In this document: positions 8,270 to 17,048 of the stretch, piece after piece | Numbering within the stretch: the stretch's first letter is position 1 | Layout: each line of letters starts with the position of its first letter | Notes under the pieces: generated by a model | The model's database searches: none | Seen by the model: only the letters and a program-made list of their open reading frames with translations | What the model was told of the DNA's origin: nothing | Source of the DNA: a virus | Taxonomy: Duplodnaviria; Caudoviricetes | IMG/VR virus record: IMGVR_UViG_3300022719_000295 | Location: 1-24,099 of that record | Direction: 5' to 3' (one strand) | DNA: 24,099 nt | Position numbers and translations under genes: made by a program

Positions 8270-9253
8270 ATGTACGTGATTACCTCTGATTGGCATCTAA
8301 CGGCCAACCCGCGAGATGAGTATCGTTGGGCACTATTTGACTACTTATTGGCGACTTTCCCACGGGAGGATAAACTCCTCATACTTGGCGACCTTACAGA
8401 TGCCAAAGACCGACACCCCGCTAGCCTGGTTAATCGGGTAGCACACAATATGAAAGAGTTAGCGCGGCATTTTGAAAGTGTGGTTGTGTTGCGCGGTAAC
8501 CATGACTGCACCGATCCCAATAACCCATTCTTCAACTTCTTCAACTGGTATGCCGATAACTTGTATATGTATAGCAAGCCGACCTTTGACTCAGGAGATG
8601 AGATTATGTACCTACCACATGAGCGGGACCCAGTGTCGGCTTGGAACGAGGAGGTGTGGGGAATGGTGAACGGTGCCCGCTACGTAATGCTCCACCAAAC
8701 CTTTGACGGCGCAAAAGCCTCTAACGGTACTCAACTCGAGGGGATCTCTCCGAAGCTATTCTCAGAGACTGAGGCAAAATGCTTCAGCGGCGATATTCAC
8801 GTCCCCCAACGCATAGGCCCGATCACCTACGTAGGCAGCCCCTACCACGTGCACTTTGGCGACAAGTTTATTCCCCGCATCATCCGTATAACCCATGACG
8901 GGGAGCAGCAGCAATACTTTTTCAAAACAATCAAGAAGCTAAGTCTGACTATTAACAACGTAGAAGACCTAGAGAAACAAAAACTAAAACCAAACGACCA
9001 GGTGAAGCTTAGGGTGCGCATGAATCGCAGCGAGTTTGTGTCCTGGACAGATAAGCGGGACCAAATTGCAGCGTGGTGTGAGGATAATGGAGTTGTGCTT
9101 TGCGGCTTGGAGGTGGAAGAGAAGACGCGCAAACGTATAACTACTAAACAAAAGAGGGAGGAAGTGCAAACGCCCAAGAAGACGTTTGAAGAATATTGTA
9201 AGCGCGAAGGTGTAGAGAAAGAGATACAACAAGTAGGGGCACGTTACCTATGA
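8270..9253 (+). CDS. sbcD: Mre11/SbcD/gp47-like metallophosphoesterase nuclease
   Basis: Motifs SDWH, LGDLTD, GNHD, LHQ, SGDIH and YVGSP..FGD. SD AGGAG. ATGA-coupled to the Rad50-like gene. Confidence 0.92.
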   Translation: MYVITSDWHLTANPRDEYRWALFDYLLATFPREDKLLILGDLTDAKDRHPASLVNRVAHNMKELARHFESVVVLRGNHDCTDPNNPFFNFFNWYADNLYMYSKPTFDSGDEIMYLPHERDPVSAWNEEVWGMVNGARYVMLHQTFDGAKASNGTQLEGISPKLFSETEAKCFSGDIHVPQRIGPITYVGSPYHVHFGDKFIPRIIRITHDGEQQQYFFKTIKKLSLTINNVEDLEKQKLKPNDQVKLRVRMNRSEFVSWTDKRDQIAAWCEDNGVVLCGLEVEEKTRKRITTKQKREEVQTPKKTFEEYCKREGVEKEIQQVGARYL

Positions 9254-11148
9254 TATTACAACAGCTAACAATAGAGAACTTCCGGTCATTCTCTGGCAAA
9301 CACACCCTAAACCTGTCGCCTTATGGACCAGGCTTACATTTTATGTACGGAGTCAACGAGAGTGCCCCCGAGCTGGGGGGTAATGGTGCGGGTAAGTCTA
9401 CGGTATTTGAAGCCTTGTTCTGGTGCCTATACGGCAAGACAACAAGGAATGTTAAGGGTGGGAACATACGTACTTGGACCGCTGGACGCGGTAGCGTCCG
9501 AGTGTTGCTGGAGTTTGAGATTGGGGGCAAACGTCACTCACTGCTTAGGACTTGGGGGCCAAACAAGCTACAGCTAGATGAGCGGGATGTTGACCAAGAG
9601 GATGTTGATCGGGTTATCGGCGTCGGTAGTGATTCCTTTCTACACGCAGTTTTCATTAGTCAATTCTCCACAACCTTCTTCGACCTAGCCCCCACGCCAA
9701 AACTGGCGGTGTTCTCGAAGATACTAGCGCTTGATGTCTGGTTGCAGCGTAGCGCAGCGGCGGCAGATTTTGCTAAGCGGCTAGGGGAGAAGGAGCGGCG
9801 AGTGGGGAGTATGATGGACAATACGAAGGGCAAAATGCACCAGTTAGCCGACCAAATAGAGGACCTTGAGGACAAGGCTAAAGCCTATGAGAAAAGCCGT
9901 AAGAAGGATTTAAAGGAACTTGAGACAAACCGGGTATCTCGTGAAAAAGAGGTGGACAGCCTCAAAGAGCAAGTAGAGCATCTTAAGGGGGTTGAAAAGC
10001 AGGCGGAAATTGCATACCAAAACTCCCGCCAATCCATAGAGCAGATAAACCATACGCATAGTGACTATGGGCAAAAGGAGGGGGAGTTGAGGGCTGAGAT
10101 TAGGTCACTACAGCGACGTAAAGATGAGTTAGTTAAAGAGGTGGAAGAAGCGCAAGCATTGATAGACGAGGGGGTTTGCCCTGTTTGTGAGCAGGAGATA
10201 GGAGAGGGGCACTTCCACGGGACCATATCTAGCCGCAACAAAAAGGTTGCCAACATTGGCAATGAGATAAAACAGAAGGAGCGGGAACTCAAGAAAATAA
10301 TTGGCGACAGGGAGCAGAAAAACAAAGAGAAGGCAGAAGCTGAAAAAACCTCCTCTGGCTTGCGCCAGGAGTGGGATGCACAGAAGAGCCAACTTATGAC
10401 CAAACGCTCCAAGCTTGATGAGAGCATTAGAGAGCTGTCGCGAATAGATAAGCTTATCGAGTCGAAGCGGGTGGATAAAAACCCGTACCAAGAGTCCCTA
10501 GATGAGGCGCAGGGGCAGGCCGACCAGTTGATCTCTGACTATGAGAGGCTGGAGGCAGACTATAACGATATTACCTACCAGCGGGAGTGCCATGAGTTTT
10601 GGATTAAGGGCTTTAAAGACATTCGCCTCCTGGTGCTAGAGAGTGCGTTGGCTACATTGGAGGTGGAGGTGAACAATTACCTGGTTGAGCTGGGGTTGCT
10701 GGGGTGGACGGTGCATTTTGATGTTGAACGAGAGACCAAATCTGGGACCGTATCGCGGGGGTTTGTCGTAGAGGTGCAGTCGCCTAGCACTAAGGAGCCT
10801 GTGCCGTGGGAGGCGTGGTCTGGCGGCGAGCTCCAACGCCTGCGGCTTGCGGGTGCCTTAGGTGTAGCTAACATGATCCGCCGGCAAACGGGGCTAGCCA
10901 ATGCCCCGCTGATATTAGACGAGCCCACGCAACACCTGTCCACAGAGGGCATAGATGCACTACTTGATACCCTAGCCAGTATAGCTGCCTCACAAGCTAT
11001 ACCTGTTTGGCTAATCGATCATCACAGCCTGGACCATGGCGGCTTTAACAACATTCTCACGGTGGTGAAAACAGATGACGGATCAAGAATCAGAGAAAAC
11101 AATACTCGAGGAAGCAGCGGAGCTGGTGAGTGGGCCAAGACGGCGTGA
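9250..11148 (+). CDS. sbcC: Rad50/SbcC/gp46-like ABC ATPase
   Basis: IENFRSF, Walker A GNGAGKST, Q-loop ISQ, long coiled coil with zinc hook CPVC, signature WSGGE, Walker B ILDEP and H-loop IDH. Confidence 0.95.
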   Translation: MILQQLTIENFRSFSGKHTLNLSPYGPGLHFMYGVNESAPELGGNGAGKSTVFEALFWCLYGKTTRNVKGGNIRTWTAGRGSVRVLLEFEIGGKRHSLLRTWGPNKLQLDERDVDQEDVDRVIGVGSDSFLHAVFISQFSTTFFDLAPTPKLAVFSKILALDVWLQRSAAAADFAKRLGEKERRVGSMMDNTKGKMHQLADQIEDLEDKAKAYEKSRKKDLKELETNRVSREKEVDSLKEQVEHLKGVEKQAEIAYQNSRQSIEQINHTHSDYGQKEGELRAEIRSLQRRKDELVKEVEEAQALIDEGVCPVCEQEIGEGHFHGTISSRNKKVANIGNEIKQKERELKKIIGDREQKNKEKAEAEKTSSGLRQEWDAQKSQLMTKRSKLDESIRELSRIDKLIESKRVDKNPYQESLDEAQGQADQLISDYERLEADYNDITYQRECHEFWIKGFKDIRLLVLESALATLEVEVNNYLVELGLLGWTVHFDVERETKSGTVSRGFVVEVQSPSTKEPVPWEAWSGGELQRLRLAGALGVANMIRRQTGLANAPLILDEPTQHLSTEGIDALLDTLASIAASQAIPVWLIDHHSLDHGGFNNILTVVKTDDGSRIRENNTRGSSGAGEWAKTA

Positions 11149-11392
11149 CTATGACTCGGCGTTTGATAACTTCACCCGCATTGCCAACATGTGGACCGAG
11201 TTGACGAAGGGACAGTATGTGTTCCAGCCCGAGGAGGTGGCGCTATTTATGATAGCGGTGAAGCTGTCCAGAGAGGTAGCGACCAGTAAAAGGGACAACC
11301 TTGTAGACATTGCGGGTTACGCACAGACGCACGAGTTTTGTGTCAAAGAGCGTAAGCGGCGCATCCTCAACCGAGAGGTTATAAAGAGGTGA
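11075..11392 (+). CDS. DUF6378-like phage protein
   Basis: ILEEAAELVSGPRRRDY...NF.RIA.MW...VAL.MI.VK.SR...DN.VDIAGYA is the recognisable pattern of this family. Overlaps the sbcC 3' end by 74 nt. Confidence 0.75.
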   Translation: MTDQESEKTILEEAAELVSGPRRRDYDSAFDNFTRIANMWTELTKGQYVFQPEEVALFMIAVKLSREVATSKRDNLVDIAGYAQTHEFCVKERKRRILNREVIKR

Positions 11393-11937
11393 ACAGCCAA
11401 GACCAAACCTTCATCCAAACCTATACGGGCCGGTTCTATTACAACCCCATACGCATCGACCACATATGTGGGTTGGATATAGCGCATGCTTTGGCACATC
11501 TATGCCGCTTCAACGGTCAGTGTAGAACTTTCTACTCTGTCGCTCAGCACTGCTGCCTAGTTGCAGACTACCTGCATAGCCAAACAAGCGATCTGGATGT
11601 AGTCCGTTGGGGCTTATTGCACGATGCGGCAGAGGCCTATATTGGGGACATGCCCAGTCCGCTGAAAGCATTTGTGCCGCAGTTCCAATCAATGGAAAAC
11701 AACATCTTGGACGCGATTGCTAAGCGCTTTAGCCTGCCGCAACCGATGCCAGAGGAGGTTAAGGAGGTGGATAAGAGAATCGTAGTGGATGAGGCTAGCG
11801 TCCTGTTCTCCCCTAAACCTGTGTGGACAACTTATGCCCAGTCATTAGGTGTACACATCGTACCGTGGGGCGTAGAGGCGTCAAAACGAAATTTTGGATT
11901 CTACATGGAACGGCTCGAACTGAGACCGTTTGTATGA
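11389..11937 (+). CDS. HD-domain 5'-deoxynucleotidase (YfbR/YfdR-like)
   Basis: IQTYTG, DIAHAL...CRFNG, FYSVAQH and LLHDAAEAYIGDMPSPLK. GTG start with GAGG upstream. Confidence 0.9.
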   Translation: MNSQDQTFIQTYTGRFYYNPIRIDHICGLDIAHALAHLCRFNGQCRTFYSVAQHCCLVADYLHSQTSDLDVVRWGLLHDAAEAYIGDMPSPLKAFVPQFQSMENNILDAIAKRFSLPQPMPEEVKEVDKRIVVDEASVLFSPKPVWTTYAQSLGVHIVPWGVEASKRNFGFYMERLELRPFV

Positions 11938-12167
11938 AGACCCGCATACACATCAACAAACACAACATAGCGCACAACAAGAAAGGGGGAAATAAACCTG
12001 TTATTACAGCTAAAACATATAAGAGCAATATCTATGGAAACCAAGCAGATGTGTATTGCCCTAACTGCGGTCACTTAACATTATCAATAGTTTATAGTCC
12101 GGATAAACCAATGTCGTGTGGCGCTGTTGTGTGGATGGTGACCGAGGGAGAGGTGAAACTCTACTGA
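11934..12167 (+). CDS. Small conserved-looking phage hypothetical protein (77 aa)
   Basis: ATGA-coupled start at 11934, in the frame of the 11823 ORF. MKTRIHINKHNI...PVIT.K...VYSPDKP.SCGA.VW..T is a pattern familiar from phage proteins; here it includes a CPNC. Confidence 0.7.
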   Translation: MKTRIHINKHNIAHNKKGGNKPVITAKTYKSNIYGNQADVYCPNCGHLTLSIVYSPDKPMSCGAVVWMVTEGEVKLY

Positions 12168-12257
12168 CCCAAATGTCAAGACTGCGAATCCGATTTTTGT
12201 TGTTGTAGAGTCATTACCCCCGATTAAAAATAGCCTTAACGGTAGAGAGGGTTTGGA

Positions 12258-14153
12258 ATGTTAGCAACAGATTATCAGAACTATATTCACTTGAGCCGGT
12301 ACGCGCGATGGAATTATGAAAAAGGTCGTAGAGAGTCATGGGAAGAGACAGTAGACCGATACATAGACTTTATGCAGAAACACGTAGCACAAAACTACCC
12401 ACACGCATACAAGATATTGGGGGAATGGACGCCTACACTTAGACAACATCTCATCCACCAAATGGCCATGCCCAGCATGCGCGCCTTGATGACCGCAGGG
12501 CCGGCGTTAGAACGCGATAATATGGCTGGATATAATTGCTGCTACAGAGCGGTGGATGATATACGCGCGTTCGATGAAATCATGTACGCGCTATTGTGTG
12601 GTACTGGTGTGGGCTTCTCCGTAGAGCGGCAATACATTAGCCGCTTACCAGACGTGAGCGAGAACTTCTTCAAGTCCAATACAACCATAGTGGTTGATGA
12701 TAGTAAATTGGGGTGGTGCAACGCTTTTAGAGAGTTGGTAACACTCCTTTACTCGGGGCGGATACCCCGCTGGGACACCTCCAATATACGTCCTGCTGGG
12801 TCTATACTGAAGACCTTTGGGGGACGCGCTAGTGGTCCTGAGCCGCTGGAGGACCTGTTCGAGTTCATCACAAAAACCATCCGCAACGCTAAAGGCAGGC
12901 GGTTAAACAGTTTAGAGGTTCATGATCTAATCTGTAAGATTGGAGATGTGGTGGTGGTAGGTGGTGTGCGAAGGGCTGCGTTGATTAGCCTGAGCAACCT
13001 TAGTGATGACCGTATGAGGAGCGCAAAGCATGGGCAATGGTGGACAACGAACCCTCAGCGCGATCTAGCCAACAACTCAGTGGCCTATACGGAGAAGCCC
13101 GACATGCGCGCGTTTATGCAGGAGTGGACGTCTCTGTACGAGAGTCGGGCAGGAGAGCGGGGTATTTTTAGCCGCCCAGCCGCACGGGCTGTTGCAGAGA
13201 GGAGCGGGCGGCGTGACCCAGATCACGAATGGGGCTGCAACCCATGCTCTGAGATCATCCTCCGCAACATGCAATGCTGCAACCTAAGTGAGGTGGTTGT
13301 TAGGCCGGAGGACAGCCACCAGGAGCTTATGGAGAAAGTTGAAATAGCAACGATACTGGGCACACTACAATCTACGTTGACCAACTTCCGCTACCTCAAC
13401 AGCCGGTGGCAAGAGAATTGTGAAGAAGAGCGCCTACTGGGAGTGTCGCTAACTGGGCTGCTAGATAAGGGGTATGAGACGGTAGACCCAAAGCAACTAA
13501 CTGCACTCCGTCAACACGCCATTGAGGTAAACAAAGAGTGGGCCGCTAAGCTGGGCATCAATCAATCCACTGCGGTTACTTGCGTCAAGCCTAGCGGGAC
13601 AGTAAGCCAGTTGGTGGATTGCGCCTCTGGTATGCACCCTCGGTTTGCCCAACACTACATCCGCCGTGTCAGGGGAGATAAGAAAGACCCACTCACCAAC
13701 TTCATGACAGACCAGGGGTTTAGCGCTGAGCAGTGCGTGAACAACGAGCAAAACACCGTCTTCTCCTTCCCCATGCGCGCCCCGAAGGGCGCTGTGGTAG
13801 CGGAGAGCATGGACGCCATTACCCAGTTGGAAATGTGGGAGATGTTGCAAGATAATTGGTGCGAACATAAGCCAAGCTGCACGGTGTATGTGAAGGAGGA
13901 TGAATGGATGGACGTAGGAGCTTGGGTCTATAAAAAGTTTGATAAAGTTAGTGGCATTTCTTTCCTCCCCTACACCGACCACATCTACCGCCAAGCGCCC
14001 TATGAGGCGATTACAGCAGAAGAGTATGAGGCGCTGGTAAGAGAGCAGCCTAAGGCAGTCGATTGGGACCGCCTCAATGAGTATGAACGAGAGGACTACA
14101 CCATCGGCAGCCAAGAGCTGGCTTGTAGCGCTGGGGTGTGTGAGGTGGCGTAG
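12258..14153 (+). CDS. nrdJ: Class II (adenosylcobalamin-dependent) ribonucleotide reductase
   Basis: SRYARW..RRE.W.ETV.R, PSMR, YNC, GTGVGFS, VGGVRRAA, NPCSEI (thiyl Cys), TCVKPSGT, WCEHKPS and C-terminal redox pair CSAGVC. No beta-subunit gene adjacent. Confidence 0.93.
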   Translation: MLATDYQNYIHLSRYARWNYEKGRRESWEETVDRYIDFMQKHVAQNYPHAYKILGEWTPTLRQHLIHQMAMPSMRALMTAGPALERDNMAGYNCCYRAVDDIRAFDEIMYALLCGTGVGFSVERQYISRLPDVSENFFKSNTTIVVDDSKLGWCNAFRELVTLLYSGRIPRWDTSNIRPAGSILKTFGGRASGPEPLEDLFEFITKTIRNAKGRRLNSLEVHDLICKIGDVVVVGGVRRAALISLSNLSDDRMRSAKHGQWWTTNPQRDLANNSVAYTEKPDMRAFMQEWTSLYESRAGERGIFSRPAARAVAERSGRRDPDHEWGCNPCSEIILRNMQCCNLSEVVVRPEDSHQELMEKVEIATILGTLQSTLTNFRYLNSRWQENCEEERLLGVSLTGLLDKGYETVDPKQLTALRQHAIEVNKEWAAKLGINQSTAVTCVKPSGTVSQLVDCASGMHPRFAQHYIRRVRGDKKDPLTNFMTDQGFSAEQCVNNEQNTVFSFPMRAPKGAVVAESMDAITQLEMWEMLQDNWCEHKPSCTVYVKEDEWMDVGAWVYKKFDKVSGISFLPYTDHIYRQAPYEAITAEEYEALVREQPKAVDWDRLNEYEREDYTIGSQELACSAGVCEVA

Positions 14154-14162
14154 GAGTAGACC

Positions 14163-14429
14163 GTGCCGATCTGCCCCAAATGTGTGGGGGAGTTGTCCTG
14201 TACAGGAGAGTGCAGAGAGGGAAGTCGTAGGTTTGTATTTGTGCGGTTGCGGGGTGAGGGCGTGTTCCACGTCCTCATCGCCGCTATGCGGTATAGTCAG
14301 GGGTGTCTTGGATGTCGGTCTACGCAGCCGGTGAGCGGGGTTGAGTGTGTAAGGACTTACACACCCGCTCCCTCTAGGCTCTGCAAGCTTTGTCAGACAA
14401 AGTACAACATCATTCCTCTAGGTAAATAA
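14163..14429 (+). CDS. Small Cys-rich putative zinc-binding protein
   Basis: GTG preceded by AGGAG. Contains CPKC, CTGEC, CLGC and CKLC. Its 3' end overlaps the convergent gene by 20 nt. Confidence 0.5.
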   Translation: MPICPKCVGELSCTGECREGSRRFVFVRLRGEGVFHVLIAAMRYSQGCLGCRSTQPVSGVECVRTYTPAPSRLCKLCQTKYNIIPLGK

Positions 14430-15681
14430 GACGTTTCTCCACAATCCCATGGTTGGGGTGAACGAAGAAGAGCCACTGGCACGCAGGGTGCGGCTCTATG
14501 CGCAACCCACGCGCATACTCATTGAACCCGACCAAAGAGCCGTTAACCATGCCGTGCGCAAACCACATGGGCTCGTGGAAATGACCCATCAGCACTACAT
14601 CAATGTGTTTGCCGATCTGATGGTATTGCTGTCGAGTTTTGTATACCCCCTTTAGGACTACGGCTGCTGGGCCGATAAATCCCTGGCCGCCACGGGCGCC
14701 GATGCGGTCGCCATGCGTTAGTAGGAAGTTAACGTTATAGATAGGGAAGTAGCAATCACCGCTAGGCGGTGTCATAAAGGTTACATCTTTGATTTTCCTG
14801 TCTCGGAATGACTTTTCAATCATCCATGACAGCAGATCATCGTAATTCAGGTCGCTATACTTCTTAGCCCTAGGCTTCTCCGTAGTCCTACCGTGGTTCC
14901 CCGGCACACTGTACACATGCACTTTTCCAAACGCCTCTCGCAGTTTCTCTATACCCCAGCACTCTACCTCCGCCAAGTCCTTAACACTGGCTTGAGGGGT
15001 CAGAGCGTCTGTCTCCCGTAGCTCTTGGTGTATGCCGCCGGAGATGCTGTCACCGCCCCGGAGGTAGACGATACCGGGGTAGTTGGGGTTTGCGTGGTGG
15101 TTTTTGCAGATGTCTATGGTTTTGCTAATCAGGTTGCGGTAACGCCTTTTGGCGATTTCCACGTTGAACTCATTGAGGTTGTCAATGTCCTCTGGGAACA
15201 CAGTCTCTCCCCATTGAAAGTCGCTGGTAAACAACACTGGCATTTCCATTGCCTTGCCTTTCTTCCCACTACTCTGCGCCGCTACAGCCCATTTAGGCAC
15301 CTTAGGATCGTGGTCACGTAATTCATAAACTATTGATTTTGCGTCCTCTGCCTCGTCCAATTCCTGTATTTTGTTCTTAAGCTCTCGCTTGAGGTGCCTG
15401 TTCTCCTCTTGCAGCAATACCTTATCTTCGCGGTAAACCTCCTCTACTGTCCTTTGTTTACCCTCAACCTCGTGGATTGCTTTAAGGGTGGGGTCTGGCT
15501 TGAGTCCATAAATCTCTCGTGCTCTATTAAGTCTGTCCCTAACCTGGCTAAGACTAACGCCCAATCTATTGGCCGCTTCTTGTCTAGCGCTTGGTCTTCC
15601 GTGTGGGTTGAAGCCATCTCGTATAGCGCCATTAACTGCATCCACTACCTCAATGGCTTGTTCCTTTGTAAGGTTTTTCAT
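14410..15681 (-). CDS. N-terminal HTH plus coiled coil plus calcineurin-like metallophosphoesterase
   Basis: SARQEAANRLGVSLSQVRDRL (HTH), then SDFQWGE, GGDSISG.IH, PGNHGR, LTHGD and MGHFH. SD AGGA upstream. Confidence 0.85.
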   Translation of the reverse strand: MKNLTKEQAIEVVDAVNGAIRDGFNPHGRPSARQEAANRLGVSLSQVRDRLNRAREIYGLKPDPTLKAIHEVEGKQRTVEEVYREDKVLLQEENRHLKRELKNKIQELDEAEDAKSIVYELRDHDPKVPKWAVAAQSSGKKGKAMEMPVLFTSDFQWGETVFPEDIDNLNEFNVEIAKRRYRNLISKTIDICKNHHANPNYPGIVYLRGGDSISGGIHQELRETDALTPQASVKDLAEVECWGIEKLREAFGKVHVYSVPGNHGRTTEKPRAKKYSDLNYDDLLSWMIEKSFRDRKIKDVTFMTPPSGDCYFPIYNVNFLLTHGDRIGARGGQGFIGPAAVVLKGVYKTRQQYHQIGKHIDVVLMGHFHEPMWFAHGMVNGSLVGFNEYARGLRIEPHPACQWLFFVHPNHGIVEKRLIYLEE

Positions 15682-15699
15682 ACATTTTCCTGTATTTAA

Positions 15700-16266
15700 T
15701 TACAGTGCAAAAGCACCGAGTAAAATGAGCTGTAAGAAAGCTCTTTCCAAAAAATGTCGTTGCTCTTCCTGCTTCAGTTCCTCCGCCTTCTGGTATTGCT
15801 GGTCTGTCATCATATTCGCACGCCGCTCTGTTAACCTCGCAGCGTCAACCAAAGCCTGTATCTCTAACTGTTTTTGTCGCAGCGCAGCAGCATACTCTTT
15901 TGACACCTCACTATTGGTCCTCAACGCCTCTAACCACTTGGTGAAAGACAGCACGGCGGCTTTCTCGTGACAGCCAAAATCCATGCTATCAAAGCGTATG
16001 CAAATAGAGTTGTTAGAGGTAACGGTAGTAGATACCCTACCGCGTGCGGCGTGGAGTGGGTCGCTGATGTTTGGTACTGGCCCTACTTCGTAGTCTTCCC
16101 AGGTTGTTATCTGCTCTGGTCGTGGCGTTTGGGAGGTACAACTAGAGGCGATTAAGGCGATTAGCAATAGCGCTGGCAGTAGTATCTTCTGGGTGTTCCT
16201 CTGCCTTTTTACGTGCTTTGGCTTTGGTAGCCTCTGCCTTTTCAATAAGGGTGTCTGCTTTTTCAC
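15700..16266 (-). CDS. Lipoprotein, putative outer-membrane spanin (Rz1-like)
   Basis: Basic N-region, hydrophobic ILLPALLLIALIASS-C lipobox-like site (Cys at 16140-16138), and a signal region overlapping the 3' end of the upstream i-spanin-like gene in another frame. Start codon uncertain. Confidence 0.6.
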   Translation of the reverse strand: MKKQTPLLKRQRLPKPKHVKRQRNTQKILLPALLLIALIASSCTSQTPRPEQITTWEDYEVGPVPNISDPLHAARGRVSTTVTSNNSICIRFDSMDFGCHEKAAVLSFTKWLEALRTNSEVSKEYAAALRQKQLEIQALVDAARLTERRANMMTDQQYQKAEELKQEEQRHFLERAFLQLILLGAFAL

Positions 16267-16465
16267 GATGGCGTTTTGCCTCCTCTATTGCAGCCCTCTC
16301 TTTTACTGAGTTTTGTTCTATTTGATGAGCAACATTTTGATGTTGCTGGGCCGCTTTCTGTTGGGCTCGTATACGGTTTGCAGCCCAAACACTTGCAATG
16401 ATGGCTAAGGCAGCAACAATCCCCGCTTGCGCCCTCTTTAACCATTCCCAAATCGCTTTCACCAC
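16142..16465 (-). CDS. Putative inner-membrane spanin (Rz-like)
   Basis: N-terminal TM segment AGIVAALAIIASVWAA followed by an Ala/Gln/Glu/Lys-rich coiled coil. Lies downstream of the endolysin and overlaps the lipoprotein gene. Confidence 0.6.
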   Translation of the reverse strand: MVKAIWEWLKRAQAGIVAALAIIASVWAANRIRAQQKAAQQHQNVAHQIEQNSVKERAAIEEAKRHREKADTLIEKAEATKAKARKKAEEHPEDTTASAIANRLNRL

Positions 16466-16923
16466 CCACCCGTCTGCGTTGTATCGTCGTGGCTACTAGA
16501 CCTACGATCCCCTCCTGTCAGCACCGTATCCTCCGTCTTAGGACGGCGACGCTCTTGACGGAGCTTACACCTAAGGTCTGGTGTTACCTTACCAATGCAC
16601 CAAAGTGCAGCAGTGATGATCAACGGGGACAATCCAGCGCCCTCTACCGCATAAATAACCGCCTTTGCTATTGCTATCTCGTTGAGGTAGACAAGGGCAG
16701 GGAGTAAAACGGTGAAGGACACGGCTATTGTGACCTGCACCTTCTGGTATGTGTGTAAACGAGGGTGTCTTTGCGCCCGCCTCCGCGCTTTCATCCACTG
16801 AACAACGCTAAAGGCAACTATGGCCGCAATGACCATCTGGCCGAGAACATCTTGCGGAGGGAGGTAAGGCTCTAAAATATCTAGTATGCCCTGGGCAGAT
16901 TGCATTTGCTGCTCACTTACCAA
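16459..16923 (-). CDS. Three-TM membrane protein, holin candidate
   Basis: Three hydrophobic segments (MVIAAIVAFSVVQW; VTIAVSFTVLLPALVYL; AGLSPLIITAALWCIG) and a charged C-terminal tail. Sits between endolysin and spanins. Start is TTG 16923 or ATG 16905. Confidence 0.55.
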   Translation of the reverse strand: MVSEQQMQSAQGILDILEPYLPPQDVLGQMVIAAIVAFSVVQWMKARRRAQRHPRLHTYQKVQVTIAVSFTVLLPALVYLNEIAIAKAVIYAVEGAGLSPLIITAALWCIGKVTPDLRCKLRQERRRPKTEDTVLTGGDRRSSSHDDTTQTGGW

Positions 16924-17048
16924 GGTAATAAGACCCCCACAACGACACCGATAACACCGAAGATAATCGTTGCAGTACGCGGGTGCTTCTTAATGAAGGC
17001 GTCCAGCCACGTCTCTGCTGCGTCGCCGAACTTGTCAAAGTCTACCAT
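16917..17048 (-). CDS. 43-aa single-TM peptide, not in the ORF track (holin/antiholin-like candidate)
   Basis: Reads MVDFDKFGDAAETWLDAFIKKHPRTATIIFGVIGVVVGVLLPW*. AGGAG lies 8 nt upstream of the ATG, and the ORF fills the gap between endolysin and the next gene. Confidence 0.75.
   Translation of the reverse strand: MVDFDKFGDAAETWLDAFIKKHPRTATIIFGVIGVVVGVLLPW

Noticed and set aside
1232-11937. 2-aminoadenine (Z-genome) cluster
   Set aside because: There is no purZ in the window, the polymerase has a UDG-fusion architecture rather than that of DpoZ, and the MazG and HD proteins look like generic phage families.
12168-12257. Possible cobalamin riboswitch, NrdR box or sigma70 promoter upstream of nrdJ
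   Set aside because: The 90-nt gap is too short for a cobalamin riboswitch and has no B12-box or NrdR palindrome I can see. TTGTAG-16-TAAAAA (12203-12230) is too weak to call a promoter.
13497-14270. 257-aa antisense ORF over nrdJ, and similar shadow ORFs at 1120-1716, 5820-6383 and 18891-19574
   Set aside because: They lie opposite well-supported genes, show no recognisable motifs, and are expected from codon bias.
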